NCBI GenBank assembly: GCA_910592345.1
Contig: CAJVPI010000097.1
Location: 1-54,632, forward strand
Origin: Paraglomus brasilianum
Taxonomy: Eukaryota
Direction: 5' to 3'
DNA length: 54,632 nt
The notes below the pieces were generated by a model. The model did not search any database, had not been told where the DNA came from, and saw only the letters and a list, made by a program, of their open reading frames with translations. Position numbers and translations under genes: made by a program. Positions 39,082-52,400 of the stretch are shown piece after piece (within the stretch, counting starts at the first letter, position 1; every line of letters begins with the position of its first letter).

Positions 39082-42000
39082 CTAATTAGTCTTCAGTTTT
39101 TTCGGATCTTCTCCTAGAATCTTCGCTACCCTCTCAGCTACTTTAGGATATCCCTTCTCTTCAATATAACCTGTGACTTTTTCTCTTCCAAGTCCAAGAA
39201 ACTCGGACACGACTAGTCGAATAAAGCTCTCCAATGGGCCAAAGAGATTGAGATAGTAGATGACAGTCAAAAGCACGCCGATGAACGAGAACAAGATGAG
39301 ATATGTAGGGGAGAATAGTATCGACATTAACTCGTTCCAACCAAGGGCAACTTGAAGAAGAGATTGTAAAAACATATGTTATACATAATAATAATTTGAT
39401 TGCAATAATAAACCATCGATTCTAAATATAAATACTTACGCATAAATAAGTAGACATAGACTGGAATACGCGCTTGCGTGGCAACAACCGAACGCTTAGC
39501 TTCAAGGTAGAAGGCATCAGATTCACGTTTGAATCGCGTTGTCAGATCGTGTTGCCTTGTTTCCGAAAACACAACTAACGTCTCCTCAAAGTCCATCTCC
39601 TAAAAATACCGGTTCGGTTACATCTAAACTTGGAATGTAAGAGAAAAGCAAAAAATCATGTCACATACTTCGTCGGACGACACTCCCAAGTCTACGTCAC
39701 TCAAGAGCTCAACTTGAGCAAACAGTGTAATCAGTTGTAAAGCCTAAATAAACAAGAATGTAAGAAACATGAGGGGGAGGGGAAAAATTAGCATTCATTG
39801 TAAACACACTTGATATACTTTGACATTCATCATAGATACTGTGTAAAAATACTTGCCTCCTCGCGTGCTTTTCTGAACGGCGTGTCAATATCATCTTCAG
39901 GTTTCCAGACTTTCGGAACTCCCGCATCATCGTATCGGAATTTCTCCTCGAATCTGCAAAAAGACAATAAAATAATTATAAACGCGCGCCGATAAAATGG
40001 CGACTAAAACACTGTTGTGACTGAGTAATACCTCTCGCGCAATTTAAGTAAAAATACATTGTCTGCAACTTCATCGTCGATCTTTTTTCGCAATATCTGC
40101 CATGACCTCTTTCTGAAGTTATGAACAGATTGGCTGTTCTCTTCCTCCGTTGAATTAAAGCCTTGAATACAAAGGGACAAAGAATTAAGACACTTTTTAT
40201 AAAATTAACCCGTTTTGCCGAACACTGTTTCCTTTTTAAAACATCAATATCATTATTTTTACTTAAGAACCACTCCTTACTTACTCTTGGCTTTCTTCAA
40301 AAGCTGATCTTCGATGCTGTCACGGATGCTCTTGTACTTTGTAAGAATCTTTGACCACATGTCTGGAGATGGTTTATTAAGATACAATCCAATGTGCTCA
40401 TTTACTTGATTCTCGAACGATTTCTAAACAAAAATAAGAAAACAATTGATTATTTTGTTCAAAGTCTGTCGGTATTCGCTCGCTTTTACCTACCTCTAAT
40501 GCTTTAACCATCTTTTTCGTCTCTTCAACGCGAGATCTGGCGGCTATCTCGCTTATCTCTTCTTGCAACTGATAATAATCCTCATCATACGACCAATCAG
40601 TTTCAGTCAAGACAATAGCTTCAAATTGTATATTATATTGAGTTAAACTATAACGACGTTTAAAAGCGTACTACTGAAGTTATATTCCTACCTTTAGCTC
40701 CTTCCAAGAAAAGGCCTTCGGATTTTTGGCGTGCTTCCATGACTACCTCAGCAAAATCATACTTATCACCCTTAAGTCTTTCCTATTATAACAGTAACGT
40801 TTAAGCAAAGCGCATACTAAACCTATATTTCAACATCATATTATAGTGTAATCCGTTTACCTGAACAATAGTCTTAAATGTAGTTAACGCTTTCTTGGTA
40901 AGATTCTTCAATTGGCCGAGGTAGAACACGTGTAATGTAGAATTGGTCTTGTTGAGTATTTCTGCGCGCTTCCTCTTGTAAACCTCGGCGTGGTACCGGG
41001 AAGCGTCCTTGTCGAAATGCTCTGTAATGGGAATAAAGCAAATTAATATTCTGTTAGTATTTATATAAACAATTTTTCAAACTCAAATGAATAGATATTC
41101 AAATAACATAAGTATAAGCGGAATTAGTATCACATACTGATGGCTGTGTTTCTAATCTCTTCCATCTGTGGACCGAGATCTTCGAGTACTTTTCCGGATT
41201 CAATTGGCTGTCTGAAACCTTTAATCTTGGCCGAGAAAGCTTCGAATGCAACCTAGTGTGAAGAGTGGTATTAAGATGAGACGTTATTAAACTGATCATC
41301 GATAGCAGTTACCACACAAATATTGACAATTATAGCAGCCATTATCATATTCCACAAATTTATCTCCAATAATATCCTAAAGTTAAAAATTTCCCCTTAC
41401 GCTGGCAATTTCGTCACAACGATATTGTGCAAGTAATTCTTGTTGAGTGGGTAGATCGAGATCTTTGTTGGCCATGATTTGATCCTATAAATTATTGGCA
41501 TTCAGTAATGTCCAGAAACTGGCTCCGCTGTCATCTATACATTTATTCCTTTTAAGTTGCGAACCATTACAGATCAATTGCCCTTACCCAAATTCCTCCA
41601 GCGTAAACGTGAAAACCATCAGCCGGTACTCTTTTACTATAATTTGGTTTGAATACAAAATCCTTGTTATTGGGATTAGTAAACCTAAAATAACAAGAAA
41701 GGGATAATGAATATTTCCAAATCATCGAGTTTGTAATGACATCAATAGTATAAAATTATTCAGCTTTGAATATCTTATTCCATTCTATTTGCTTAATCGG
41801 TTTCTTGCAGAGCTTGTAATTACCGTTCTCTTAATTTAATGGCTTCTTGATCAAATTTTTCTGGAAGCAGAACTTTATGTGGTAGACCTGTGAACATTGT
41901 ATCAAAATAGTCGCCAATTTTACAAGACTCCAATCCTTCGGGCTGTTAATGGAATAAATAAAAACACAAGGTCAGCAACTTAAAATGATGGTATTACTTC

Positions 42001-43090
42001 TCTCTGACACAAGTCCGTGCAGATTACCTTTGCTACCCCATCCCAGATGCGCTCCAAGTCAGCAGTCAATGTAGCAGAGAGGTTTGCCAAGGGGGTTGTG
42101 CCGACGTGATCTCTTACGACAAAAAACAAGAGCGTCTTTTCTTTTCTACATTATGACGACGCATAAGTTACAAGTATTAAAATAATAGAAAGTACTTTGC
42201 CTCATTTTCGTTTGTAGCATTGATGATTCTTACCCTCTTGCAGCTTGGAATAATTGCAGATTGACTTCGAATACAGTCTTCAATAGTCCCATGTTAGCCC
42301 CGTTGTATAAACCCACTTGATGCTCCCATAAATTGACAATAATAACATTGGATGTAGCCATTGAGAATAGGGCGCTCTTTCTCTCAAAGTCTTGATCCTC
42401 GCCACGTTCACGTCCATCTGTTCCTTCGACATCCATAATCAATACATCCATATCTTTGCCACGACTCATCCAAATGCCTGGATTAAAAATAAAAAAACAA
42501 AACAAAAACACAGATTCAGAGGTTTAGCTTACGTAAAACACGTGAGCTACGTTTATGCATGTTATATTCACCTTTTGTTGTTTGGCGTCTTGCTGTTTCG
42601 CTCATTACATCGAAATCAGTACCAAAAAGTCGATTGAGTAGAGTACCTTTTTGGAATGGAAAGAGCATCAGTATAGTTATACGCATATTATTATAATACG
42701 TGATCTCATAGTATTCACATATTGATATAAATACAATATAAAGGCAATGATAAGTCCATGTCACTATTCACTCCTACTGAATTACACGTCGATTTTCTCT
42801 ATATTGTCTGTTACTTACTTTTCCCGGTACTTTGGGAGCCAAACACTGCAACCAAGTTGTAATTGAATCCATGGTCAGCAAGATGCCATTCGTCCTTCAT
42901 GAATCGCTGCAAATCATTTCTATTGGCGATATCATAATATAAGAACGTTTATCCATTAACTAAATTAAATTACATGTATAAAGGTTGATACATACGTGAA
43001 GTTTTGGCTTCCATCGATAATTTGTAAACGAGGCAGTTTCTGATTGCCGTTCACTACGTTTGTTTCTGTCTGATTTGGTCCCACCGTCAT
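39082..43090 (-). CDS. SEY1: Dynamin-like ER fusion GTPase Sey1/RHD3, multi-exon
   Basis: [23 protein letters not shown]...RRQTTKGIW...[23 protein letters not shown]...[52 protein letters not shown]-terminal TM hairpin LGWNE. Confidence 0.97.
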
Positions 43091-45240
43091 ATTGTTATGA
43101 AACTATTGAAAATATACCCAAGCTGCCGTATATAATTTGTATGTGTGTGTATATATATATCAGGAACAAGTATTACAAAGACTATACACGATATGAATAA
43201 CGCCCAACGCACAAAATGGTTGCTTGTGAGAAATTTTGTATGTACAAAGTGATTTAGTATCCTACCAGAGGGGAAGTCGGTAAGGAATGGTTGAGAAATT
43301 CAGAACAAACGAACTTGAACTGTTCGCCTGAGTAAAAAGAGGAGTGATAAGGCGGGGTGACATCAAGACAAAGATACGGTCACGTTACACCACATTGTTA
43401 AGAATGCGAATAATAGCAATTATAGAACATTTTACATGATAACCGGATTTGTCGTATGGGATGTTGGATTATGTTATTGTCACATGAAATCAACATTTTG
43501 TATGAATTACTGATATGGGGCATGCTTTTGCTGTAAATGAGAGCGTTTGGTGGCTTGGCCTCAATAATGGTGGAATATGTAAGGAATACTGTAATAGTAA
43601 ACCGAACTCTTTACGCGTACGCGTAACTCGTTCAGTTCAATGGCAGTTGGTTCCTTGTCTTTGCTTGACACACTCTTCGCACCACCAATCCTTTCTTACC
43701 GGCTAGATCTTCCACTAATACTCATCGGCAACTTCCTGAGGGGTGCCGTCCATTGGTTATTGAATTGTCACAGTAGCCGTAGTCCTTACTCGTTCCATTC
43801 GTTCTGTCGTTTAAGGCCAGCTCGGTCCTGTCGGTCCTGGGCAGTCTCACTCACTGGCATACAGTCATTTTACATGATGATAGAGCCATAGCAACGCCCG
43901 ATGCTTGCGTTGCCTTGCATGCTGGCCATACTTTCAAGTGGACGGGGTATCTTTGACGATCTATGTACTAAGGCCTGGATGCTGTTCTTCAGTGTGCTGT
44001 TACTCTGATCTTGTACGCTAATTTATCTTATTCATACTTCAGGAGACTGTCGATTGGTTGCTTTTATCATCAACTACAGAACTGTCTCGAGACTGATTTC
44101 TTGCGTAATGATTAGACGAATTACGGAAAGAAGGTCATATGCGATTGCATAAAGATGATACATGCGTTCACACGAGTGCTCGTTGTTTGATATTTACGTC
44201 GTGTGCATGGCATGTTTTCATGTTTGTAGGTAACGAATTAGATGTATTTATTTATATTTTATCACGCAGGGTCGATTGTGAGTAAATATACTAAGAGTCT
44301 AAGGAAACGCTTTCTGGTTGTAAATACATTTTTGGTCTAAAAACTATGTTGTAATATGTGTTGGTCGATTTTTCAGTTTAGATTAATAAAATATAGCAAG
44401 ACGCTCGCCATTACAAATTAATCGTATGGTTTGATATTAATATACGCACTGGCCATTTTAATTGTGATCTCCCTATGAGATTTACTGACCTTACTAATTA
44501 TTGATTGTTGCTGACCGTACGAGAGCTTAACCAGACTAATACATACCATACCCAAGCCCAGGTGTTGGGAGTTGTACACTGTTTTAATAAAGGTGGTCCC
44601 AACAAAGTACACAATGATTCGCTCGAAATGCACCAAGAGGACTAGACAATATGTATTCAATAGATTTCTCCTAAATAAATAAGCATCTTTAGACCTTCTC
44701 CATTTTCGCAATATCTTTCACTGACAACAACAATTTTCTTGACCTAAATGGTGTTGCACACAGTCTTTGAACAATTTGAGCATTAATGTAATAAGACTTG
44801 CAGTTCCCAGAAAATGTGTGAACTTGCTCAGCATTAATGCATTCTTTGATTCTACCTTCATACTTTTGATATTATTGCATTGTTATCAAAAATATCCACT
44901 TTTCCTGGAAACTCTTTTGATACTGGTTTTCATACTTTACTTTCAAGATTTGGGTATCCTTGTTAATTTAGGAAAACATTACCGCCTTATTTGGATATTG
45001 ATTAAAGAGAAATTGCACGGAATTGAGCAGACTGTATTACTATTACGAATCTCGGCATGTTTTTGAAACCGCTTTGTGCTACTTATTATGAGCTTTTTGT
45101 TGTTCATATCTAATTACTGTGTTACCACGTTCACTAATTCTATTGAGCGTGTAGTTCGACTATATATATTGATCATGTGACCTTATAGGAAGTAGCCGAT
45201 CTGCTCGTCTTATCGCTCGCTTCTTTTCTTTGCTTTTACC

Positions 45241-47902
45241 ATGTCGGAAGATTCAAAAGTTGAAAGGTAAAGGAATACTTTATCAGCGGGGGTGATCGAT
45301 AACAAGTTTATTCATTAATCATTTAAAAACCTGCAGTTCAACCCAATCAGTGTCTGTAGCTCAGGAATCCACTACTATTGCTCAAACCTTATCATCAACG
45401 AATGATGATGGTGTCAAGGTTACTGCTCAACAAACAGAGGTGATCACTGATAAGATAACCACCGTTGAAACCACCTCTTCAAGTGGACAATCATGGGTCA
45501 CCGAAACAAAGGAGAAGTTCGTTTCGTTTGTCAGTAAGATTTTCCCCACATCATTAAAGATCGACAGTAGTGTGATCAGAGCATTTGATAAATTAGAGGA
45601 CAAGGCCAAGGAAGCATTAAATGATCAAGCGAGGTATCCCGAGTTGCAATGGGACGCTAGCGTCAGGTAAGCGAAGAAAAATATGCGCGCCTAGTAATCG
45701 ATACACTAACCTCATTAAGCAATGACGTAGATGTTCGATTGACATCTGTGACGAAGAGAAACAATTTGTTCGCGAGAGAAAAGAATTCGTTCGCGATAAA
45801 TTCGCTAAATACATTGGAGTAGATGTCAACGATATTCATGTCGACGATATACCAATCATTGGATTCGGCGGAAGCGGTGGTGGATTTCGAGCTATGATAG
45901 CTACAACAGGTAAACATTTTCGTTAAATGTCAAGCCATGACAATAGTATTACTAACGCGCTTTTTTACACAGGCTATGTTTACAGTCTGCAAAAAAGTGG
46001 ATTGTATGATTGTGGAACATACTTTGGAGGTATGTGACTACGGTGTACGAGTATGTAGTTATCCATAGTGCTATTATTTATCCATATATATATATATATA
46101 TTTGTTAAGGTGTCAGTGGAAGTTGTTGGAATCTAGCTGCACAGTACACTTCCATTATTTCGGAACAAGACAATCCACTTGAAGTAAGATGTGATAAAAT
46201 AGTTGTTTAGATAATTGAGAATGTGACACTGTGAAAACCGATTGACGTGACTTGTTATCGCAGGCACTGATCGATCATTTTAAGAAACGACTCGACCATC
46301 ACATTGCCAATCCACATGCGGTTATCAAATCGTTTACGGCTACTACATCGCCTGAACAAGCCGTTGAATTGGTCTTTGGTGGTCTAGCTCAGAAGAAACA
46401 GGCGAAGCTGAACACGGGTATTATTGATGTCTACGGCGCGTTGTTGGCCGCCAGACTTTTGCTTGCCGATGATCCAGTAAATCAGACCAAAGATTTCAAA
46501 TTGAGTGAACAGAAGCGATATCTAAAAGATGGAAAAAATCCCATGCCAATATATACAGCGTATGTACGGAAACGATTAAAAAGCATACTCACTTAAACAG
46601 TCGATTATATACGTATGCTCAATAAATTATTTCTTTTGGCCAACAAAGTTTACATCATTCTCGGCCTTGGAAGGATTTTCTCAAACCGGAAGAAGCAGCT
46701 CAAGTTCCAAACTATGAAGAGGTATTGAAAGAACACCGAATATTAAAGGATCATTATCAATGGTTTGAATTTACTCCATTCGAGATTGGTTGTGATGAAC
46801 TCCCCGGTTAGTATAAAATTAGTAGGCTCTTTTTAATATCAGTACTGCGGTTTTAACATGTCAATTATTCAGCTTTTATTCCGTCTTGGGCGTTTGGAAG
46901 GCGCTTTGAGTTTAGAAAGAGCATCGACCGCGTACCCGAGCAAAACTTTGGATTAGAGATTGGGTAAAAACAGTACGATGAAACATATGCGTGAATTACT
47001 TGTGTTATATATGGGTGAACTTAATTTGGTTTATCTTTCTTTGTAGTGTATTCGGCGCTGCTCCATGCGCTCCAATAATAATCGATATTCGACAGATAGA
47101 ACATGTTTTACCAGAAGGTTGGCTGAAAGAGACTTGGCAAAAATCTTATGATGGCGTAAGCAAAGGCATTAGTTTGTAAACCATGCGTGTAATATTTTCA
47201 ATATTTTCACATGTTTCTCGCGATTATCATCTCTTACACTATTCCAATATTTCCACTTTCGTTTAGGTGATGGAAGATATTGGGGAACAACGGGAGTGGA
47301 AATTCGAGGGCCATCATGCAATCCCAGAGGCCAACAACCATAACTTTTTTTACCATCTTGACCCACCACCATACAAGCTTGGCACAGCTAATTCACCCAT
47401 TCTCCATTTCATCGATGCTGGTGCTTCTAATGATCTTCCACTTTACCCACTGACTCATCCCGGGCGCAAAGTGGATATTATAATGGGATTCGATTCGTCT
47501 AGTCAAATCATTGAACATAGTTTCTTTGACGGAGAACAGGGCATCTTTACTGCCCGACGTGGAATCAACAGTACCAAGCGAGACGACCTTAGTAGCAAGT
47601 ATTTGGAAGTCTACGATTATGAGCCAAATGGAAACGCACAAGATGGATATACTCCACCCATGACGCATCCGGCTACTTTTCTGTATTTACCTTTCTTACC
47701 TAACGATAAAGTAGACCCAACATTTGTCCCCAGCACTGCTAAATTCTGTGCCTTTAACAATTTCACTTATACTTCAGAGCAGATTGATTTGATAGTAAAG
47801 CTGGCACAGCAGAATTGGAGCGAAGTTGAAAGTACAGTAAAGAATATTATCAAAGGGGTATGGGAGAAGAAGAGAGCCGCTAGACTTGGACAAACGCTTT
47901 AG
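45241..47902 (+). CDS. Cytosolic phospholipase A2/lysophospholipase-family (PLA2c) enzyme, multi-exon
   Basis: PIIGFGGSGGGFRAM; nucleophile motif GVSGSCW; PMPIYTA; YQWFEFTPFEIG; catalytic Asp region FIDAG...P.RKVDII. No obvious signal peptide. Confidence 0.9.
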
Positions 47903-48040
47903 AACGTAACAAGAGTTTATCAATATTTCAGTTGGTGAAATTATTTATTATTTATTTACAAGCTACTCTTAGCACTTATATTTAACATCCTATTATTCAA
48001 TAGCGAATTCAACCAGTATATCAAGTCATCGTAATACACC

Positions 48041-51000
48041 TTATGATTTAACTTCCTGTGGTTGTATTTTTTCCAATATCTTGTCTACATTATTTCGGTA
48101 TGCCTCTCCTCCATCTTCTTTTGAATACTTGTGCAAATGCTCAGGCCATACAATATCACGCATCACCTCATCATCCACATGTCTCTTTTCTACTCTAACT
48201 ACCGAATACTCTTTAACCAATCCTTTTGTTATCAACCACACGGCGTCTGCATGTCTCTCAGCAATAGCCCCGAACAGCTCTGTCACGACACTCTGTATTC
48301 TCTCGTGTTGTCTCTTGTTTAGTAATGGATACATTACATCAATCAACTCGAATAACATCTCGTTGGTTAATTCAACATTCTTTACAGTAACACACATAGT
48401 TCTCAAAATAGATACTTTCATTCGATGACTAATCGAATATTCCCAAATGTCTACCATATTACTCGCACCTTTTCCTCGTCTGCCCAACAACGTTTTAAAC
48501 CTTGGCCACACATCATCAATAATCCTCCTCATAACAAAGTCACCACTTGTTATCGCGATCGTCTCGATTACTTCTGCAGCCGCAAGTATTACATAATGTT
48601 CTTCATCACCCAACCTGTTTATAATCAATGGCCATAAGCGATGAACTAGCGGATTCAGTTCATTAGGAAGTGAATAAAAAACAGAAAGAGCCGAACGGAT
48701 GATATTAAGAGCAGTGTAACGAAGATGTGACGACGAAGCAGGAAGAAAGTGCACAAGTTTATCAACAATCGAGAGCGTTATCTGTTGGGACTGTGTTGGA
48801 ACTGGGGTTGCCTCTGGAGACTGAGAAGAGTCGTTGTGCTCTGCTATGCTGTCACTGTTGAACGCATCTTGGTCTGTTGAGAGTTCTTGCGATTCTTTCT
48901 GTCGATGAATGTTGAGAAAGTATTCACCAATTTCATCAAGTGTTGCTTTCTCGGATGGAAGCAGACGACATGGTACGTCTGGAGAGTATGACGCGATGAA
49001 ATCTGCTATTTCTGATGATATTATTCCATATTCAGTCGTAACAGTATTTATAGACGCATTCACTTTTCTGCTTGTCTTGTCCCTATTATATTTATCAATC
49101 CGTTCCTCCTCCTCCTCCTCCTCAACATCAGTATCGATAGTCTTAATCCACTCTTCCAACACACCATCATCTCCTTTCATATCACTGGTGCCCTTACCGT
49201 TCTTTTGCTCATTTCCAACGACTAACACAACATTCTCAAGCACTCTCGATAGTCTTTCAACAACGTCTTCGTCCAAATTCCATTTGTCCATTTGCATCAA
49301 TATCTCTCCGACAATATCTTCGATATAGAGCAACACACCAATTCCCCCAATCTTAACAACCATGCTCAACACATCAATCACTTCCATTTCTTCTCGCAGC
49401 TTTTGCAATTTCCTTGATGCATCATTAACAATGTAATCAAGATTATCAAGAATGAGTTCAGATGGAGAGGCATATCCACATTCGTAAGAGACATGAACTA
49501 GGGCTGTTTGGGCTGTACTTGAAACAAGCGAGTGTGGAGAGGTGAGTGAAGAAAGAATAGGATATAGAGCAGTAAGAAGGAGAGGACGGAAGGCATTAGA
49601 AAGGATTGTGGCTAATATCGATATGCCGCGGAGAAGTTGAGATTGTAGTATTACTACGCTCGCGTGAGTATATGTTGGAGCAGCAAGAGCAGACGGTGGT
49701 ATCGCTGTCTGGACATTATGATGTAAGGTGATATCTCGCATAGATCGAACAGTTGCATATTCCTCACCCGTCTCATTTACACGTTCTCCTGTCTTTTCTC
49801 TATTCCATTCAACGTACTCTGTAACCAACCCTTTGGCGATCTCTTTTACGTTTTTATAATCATTAGCCGCTCTTCCTTTTACATCGAAGAAATCCTTGCT
49901 GGATTCATTTCCCATTCTTGTTTCTCGCCTACCTCTGATATCATTCTCTTCTTCACTCATTTCATATCCACCGGCACCCAACACTATTTCGTTGACAATT
50001 AATACGCACTCGGCATGAAATCTTGGCGAGTTGTTCTGTGCGAATGAGAGGAAATGGTCAATAAGGAACGAGAGGTTACCATAATAGCCAAAGAGTCTGA
50101 AAAGTGTGGAGAGCGAATGATGAACTGCTGAATCGCTAAGGTATTTAAAAGGGATTCGAGGAAATGGAGGCAGAGAAGACGGGACCGGGGAATAGTAAGA
50201 GTAAAGAATTGAGTTTGTTGATGGAAAAGCGGGAATAATTGACGATGATGCAGTAACCACTTCACTGATTTTTCTTGCATCTTCTGTAATTCCAGAATCT
50301 ATCCCTTCTATGGCTCCGAAATCTCTCTCAACTAAACCAACCCTAGCTACACTTTTGTCAAATTCAACAGCGGCCAACAATCCAAACGACATTCTGATCA
50401 GGCTGTTATTCAGCACGCTCTGCACTTCCCTGCCCAAGACTCTCACATGTCCAGATATAAGATCCAAGACTGTTCTCTTTGCATTCTCGTCTATTCCCAT
50501 CAGATATCTTGGCAAATTTGTCAGCCACTTGTCCAGATTCTCCTTTATTGTAGGAACAAACAATTGTTCGAACCTTGTCCCATGTTGATGTTGTAAAGAT
50601 ACCATGTGATGTTTTGTGGGAATGGATACTTCGATATACGAGTCTGACAAGTACAGCAGTAATGTCTCGAGAAGGATGGCTAGGGACGAAGAAAGAGAAT
50701 TGGAACATGAAAAAAGTAGCTTATAAGAAAAGTTGGAAAAGGAAAGACGCAAGTGGGCAGATGAGTGATTACGAATAGTAAAGATTCGAGAGAGAAGTGT
50801 TTTTATTTGATATGACGTTGCTTTGTGCCATGAATTAGTACGATTAATATACATAAGTTTTCGCTCTTCCGATTGTTCCTTTTTTAACTCACTCGCGTCT
50901 TCGGCCGTGTTGGTAAATATTTTCAAATCCTGTAAATCTTCAATTTTCGTTATTATATCATCGTTCACACTATCCTTCATGACTAGCACTATTATATCAC

Positions 51001-51859
51001 CTAATACGTCTACTATACTGGTCAGTAATCGGTGATTTTCCTTTTGACTTTCTATCAAAGTATTTCCGAGTGTGCTGACGACTCCAGGTAGAAATGATGC
51101 TACAATGCTCGCATCTTCTAGACTGTTTGTTATCATTTGAAGTGTCTCCAGGGACCGTACTCTTAGCTCGAGCATTCGTTCTGATTTGATATATTCAAGT
51201 AGAATGAATATACAACGGCCTGATACAATGCGCATTTGGGGATCGCAAAGTTCCTGCCGAAGTGACTGCTGCTGACTATGAGGCGGATTAAGCGCTAGAA
51301 TACAGCAAAGACAAATGAGTTTTGTATCTTCCGACAATGAATCTATCTGACTTGCTGTATTATCGTTATCATTAGAATTTTCATCGGACTTGTGATCAAG
51401 TTTTTCGCCAGGCTTCTTAATAGATTCTTTTTGTCCGTTGTTTTTATTCCTTTCCTTGTTCCTCTCCCTTTCCTTGCTTCGTTCTGGTCCTTCAATGATA
51501 CTGACAAAAAATATAAATAACTGCCTATATAAAGTTGGTGTCATATACTGCCACCAACTGGCCTCTAGCATAACAAGCGTACATTTTAAGAATCCTTCTA
51601 TGAACGCGTCGTTTCGAGGACACTCTGCTGTCTGGAATAAATGCTGTAAACTATTAAACACATATTCAATCAAATTAAGAGTTAACACATTGGAGGCATT
51701 GGAAACGGAAGCAAGAGTTGAATGAAGGGTTGATAGTAGTAGTGTGATTCGAGTGGTATTTGAGCGTTTGGCCGGTACAGATTGGAGCAAAGATACGCAG
51801 AGTGGCTTGAGTTGCTGGAAGAGAGCTACTCGCTGCTCGTCTAGTTCCTCTGAATACAT
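48041..51859 (-). CDS. TTI1: TEL2-interacting protein 1 (TTT complex, HEAT repeats), single exon, 1272 aa
   Basis: FQQLKPLCV; ASFLPGVVSTL; CGYASPSELILDNLDYIVN; LNPLVHRLWPLIINRL; GDFVMRRIIDDVWP; ADAVWL are TTI1-typical motifs. Confidence 0.92.
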   Translation of the reverse strand: MYSEELDEQRVALFQQLKPLCVSLLQSVPAKRSNTTRITLLLSTLHSTLASVSNASNVLTLNLIEYVFNSLQHLFQTAECPRNDAFIEGFLKCTLVMLEASWWQYMTPTLYRQLFIFFVSIIEGPERSKERERNKERNKNNGQKESIKKPGEKLDHKSDENSNDNDNTASQIDSLSEDTKLICLCCILALNPPHSQQQSLRQELCDPQMRIVSGRCIFILLEYIKSERMLELRVRSLETLQMITNSLEDASIVASFLPGVVSTLGNTLIESQKENHRLLTSIVDVLGDIIVLVMKDSVNDDIITKIEDLQDLKIFTNTAEDASELKKEQSEERKLMYINRTNSWHKATSYQIKTLLSRIFTIRNHSSAHLRLSFSNFSYKLLFSCSNSLSSSLAILLETLLLYLSDSYIEVSIPTKHHMVSLQHQHGTRFEQLFVPTIKENLDKWLTNLPRYLMGIDENAKRTVLDLISGHVRVLGREVQSVLNNSLIRMSFGLLAAVEFDKSVARVGLVERDFGAIEGIDSGITEDARKISEVVTASSSIIPAFPSTNSILYSYYSPVPSSLPPFPRIPFKYLSDSAVHHSLSTLFRLFGYYGNLSFLIDHFLSFAQNNSPRFHAECVLIVNEIVLGAGGYEMSEEENDIRGRRETRMGNESSKDFFDVKGRAANDYKNVKEIAKGLVTEYVEWNREKTGERVNETGEEYATVRSMRDITLHHNVQTAIPPSALAAPTYTHASVVILQSQLLRGISILATILSNAFRPLLLTALYPILSSLTSPHSLVSSTAQTALVHVSYECGYASPSELILDNLDYIVNDASRKLQKLREEMEVIDVLSMVVKIGGIGVLLYIEDIVGEILMQMDKWNLDEDVVERLSRVLENVVLVVGNEQKNGKGTSDMKGDDGVLEEWIKTIDTDVEEEEEEERIDKYNRDKTSRKVNASINTVTTEYGIISSEIADFIASYSPDVPCRLLPSEKATLDEIGEYFLNIHRQKESQELSTDQDAFNSDSIAEHNDSSQSPEATPVPTQSQQITLSIVDKLVHFLPASSSHLRYTALNIIRSALSVFYSLPNELNPLVHRLWPLIINRLGDEEHYVILAAAEVIETIAITSGDFVMRRIIDDVWPRFKTLLGRRGKGASNMVDIWEYSISHRMKVSILRTMCVTVKNVELTNEMLFELIDVMYPLLNKRQHERIQSVVTELFGAIAERHADAVWLITKGLVKEYSVVRVEKRHVDDEVMRDIVWPEHLHKYSKEDGGEAYRNNVDKILEKIQPQEVKS

Positions 51860-52400
51860 AAAGAGCAGCTATGTAAGGTGTGTATTGTATTGTAAAGGAG
51901 GCATTGAAGATTATGGTTGAGTGATTATCTTATCTATAATGGATTAGTAAAATTCGATCGCAAAAGAATAATGATAAGTATAGATGGGTTAGGGTTATTA
52001 TTTTAAATGCACGATGTTATGGTTGTTATGCTAATTATTATTATTATTATTATGATCTATTAGCAGAACGCAATTCTCAACAAAATCATATTGTGCTATA
52101 AGTGATAAGCGAGAGTAATTATTATTATGCGACTAATCTAGAGCTCGAAAACTAATCAATAGGTTACGCGCGGTTTAACTCAACAGTTAAATGACGCAAA
52201 CATTTACCAGTTCTGTAATTAAAATAGGCAGTATAGAGCAAAGCTTCTTCATGACATTGACTTTGCAAAGGGTATACTTTTCACGTATTAAAATTAAATA
52301 GTTTTTCTCGTATGTGATAATGTTCGATTACCACCGACGAAGCGGCGGCGGCGGCTTAGTCAGTAAACTATTTTATTGAAAATCATTCTGTATAAACAGA

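Noticed and set aside
43400..45200. Short ORFs between SEY1 and the phospholipase
   Set aside because: No recognisable motifs or consistent splice structure in the frames examined.
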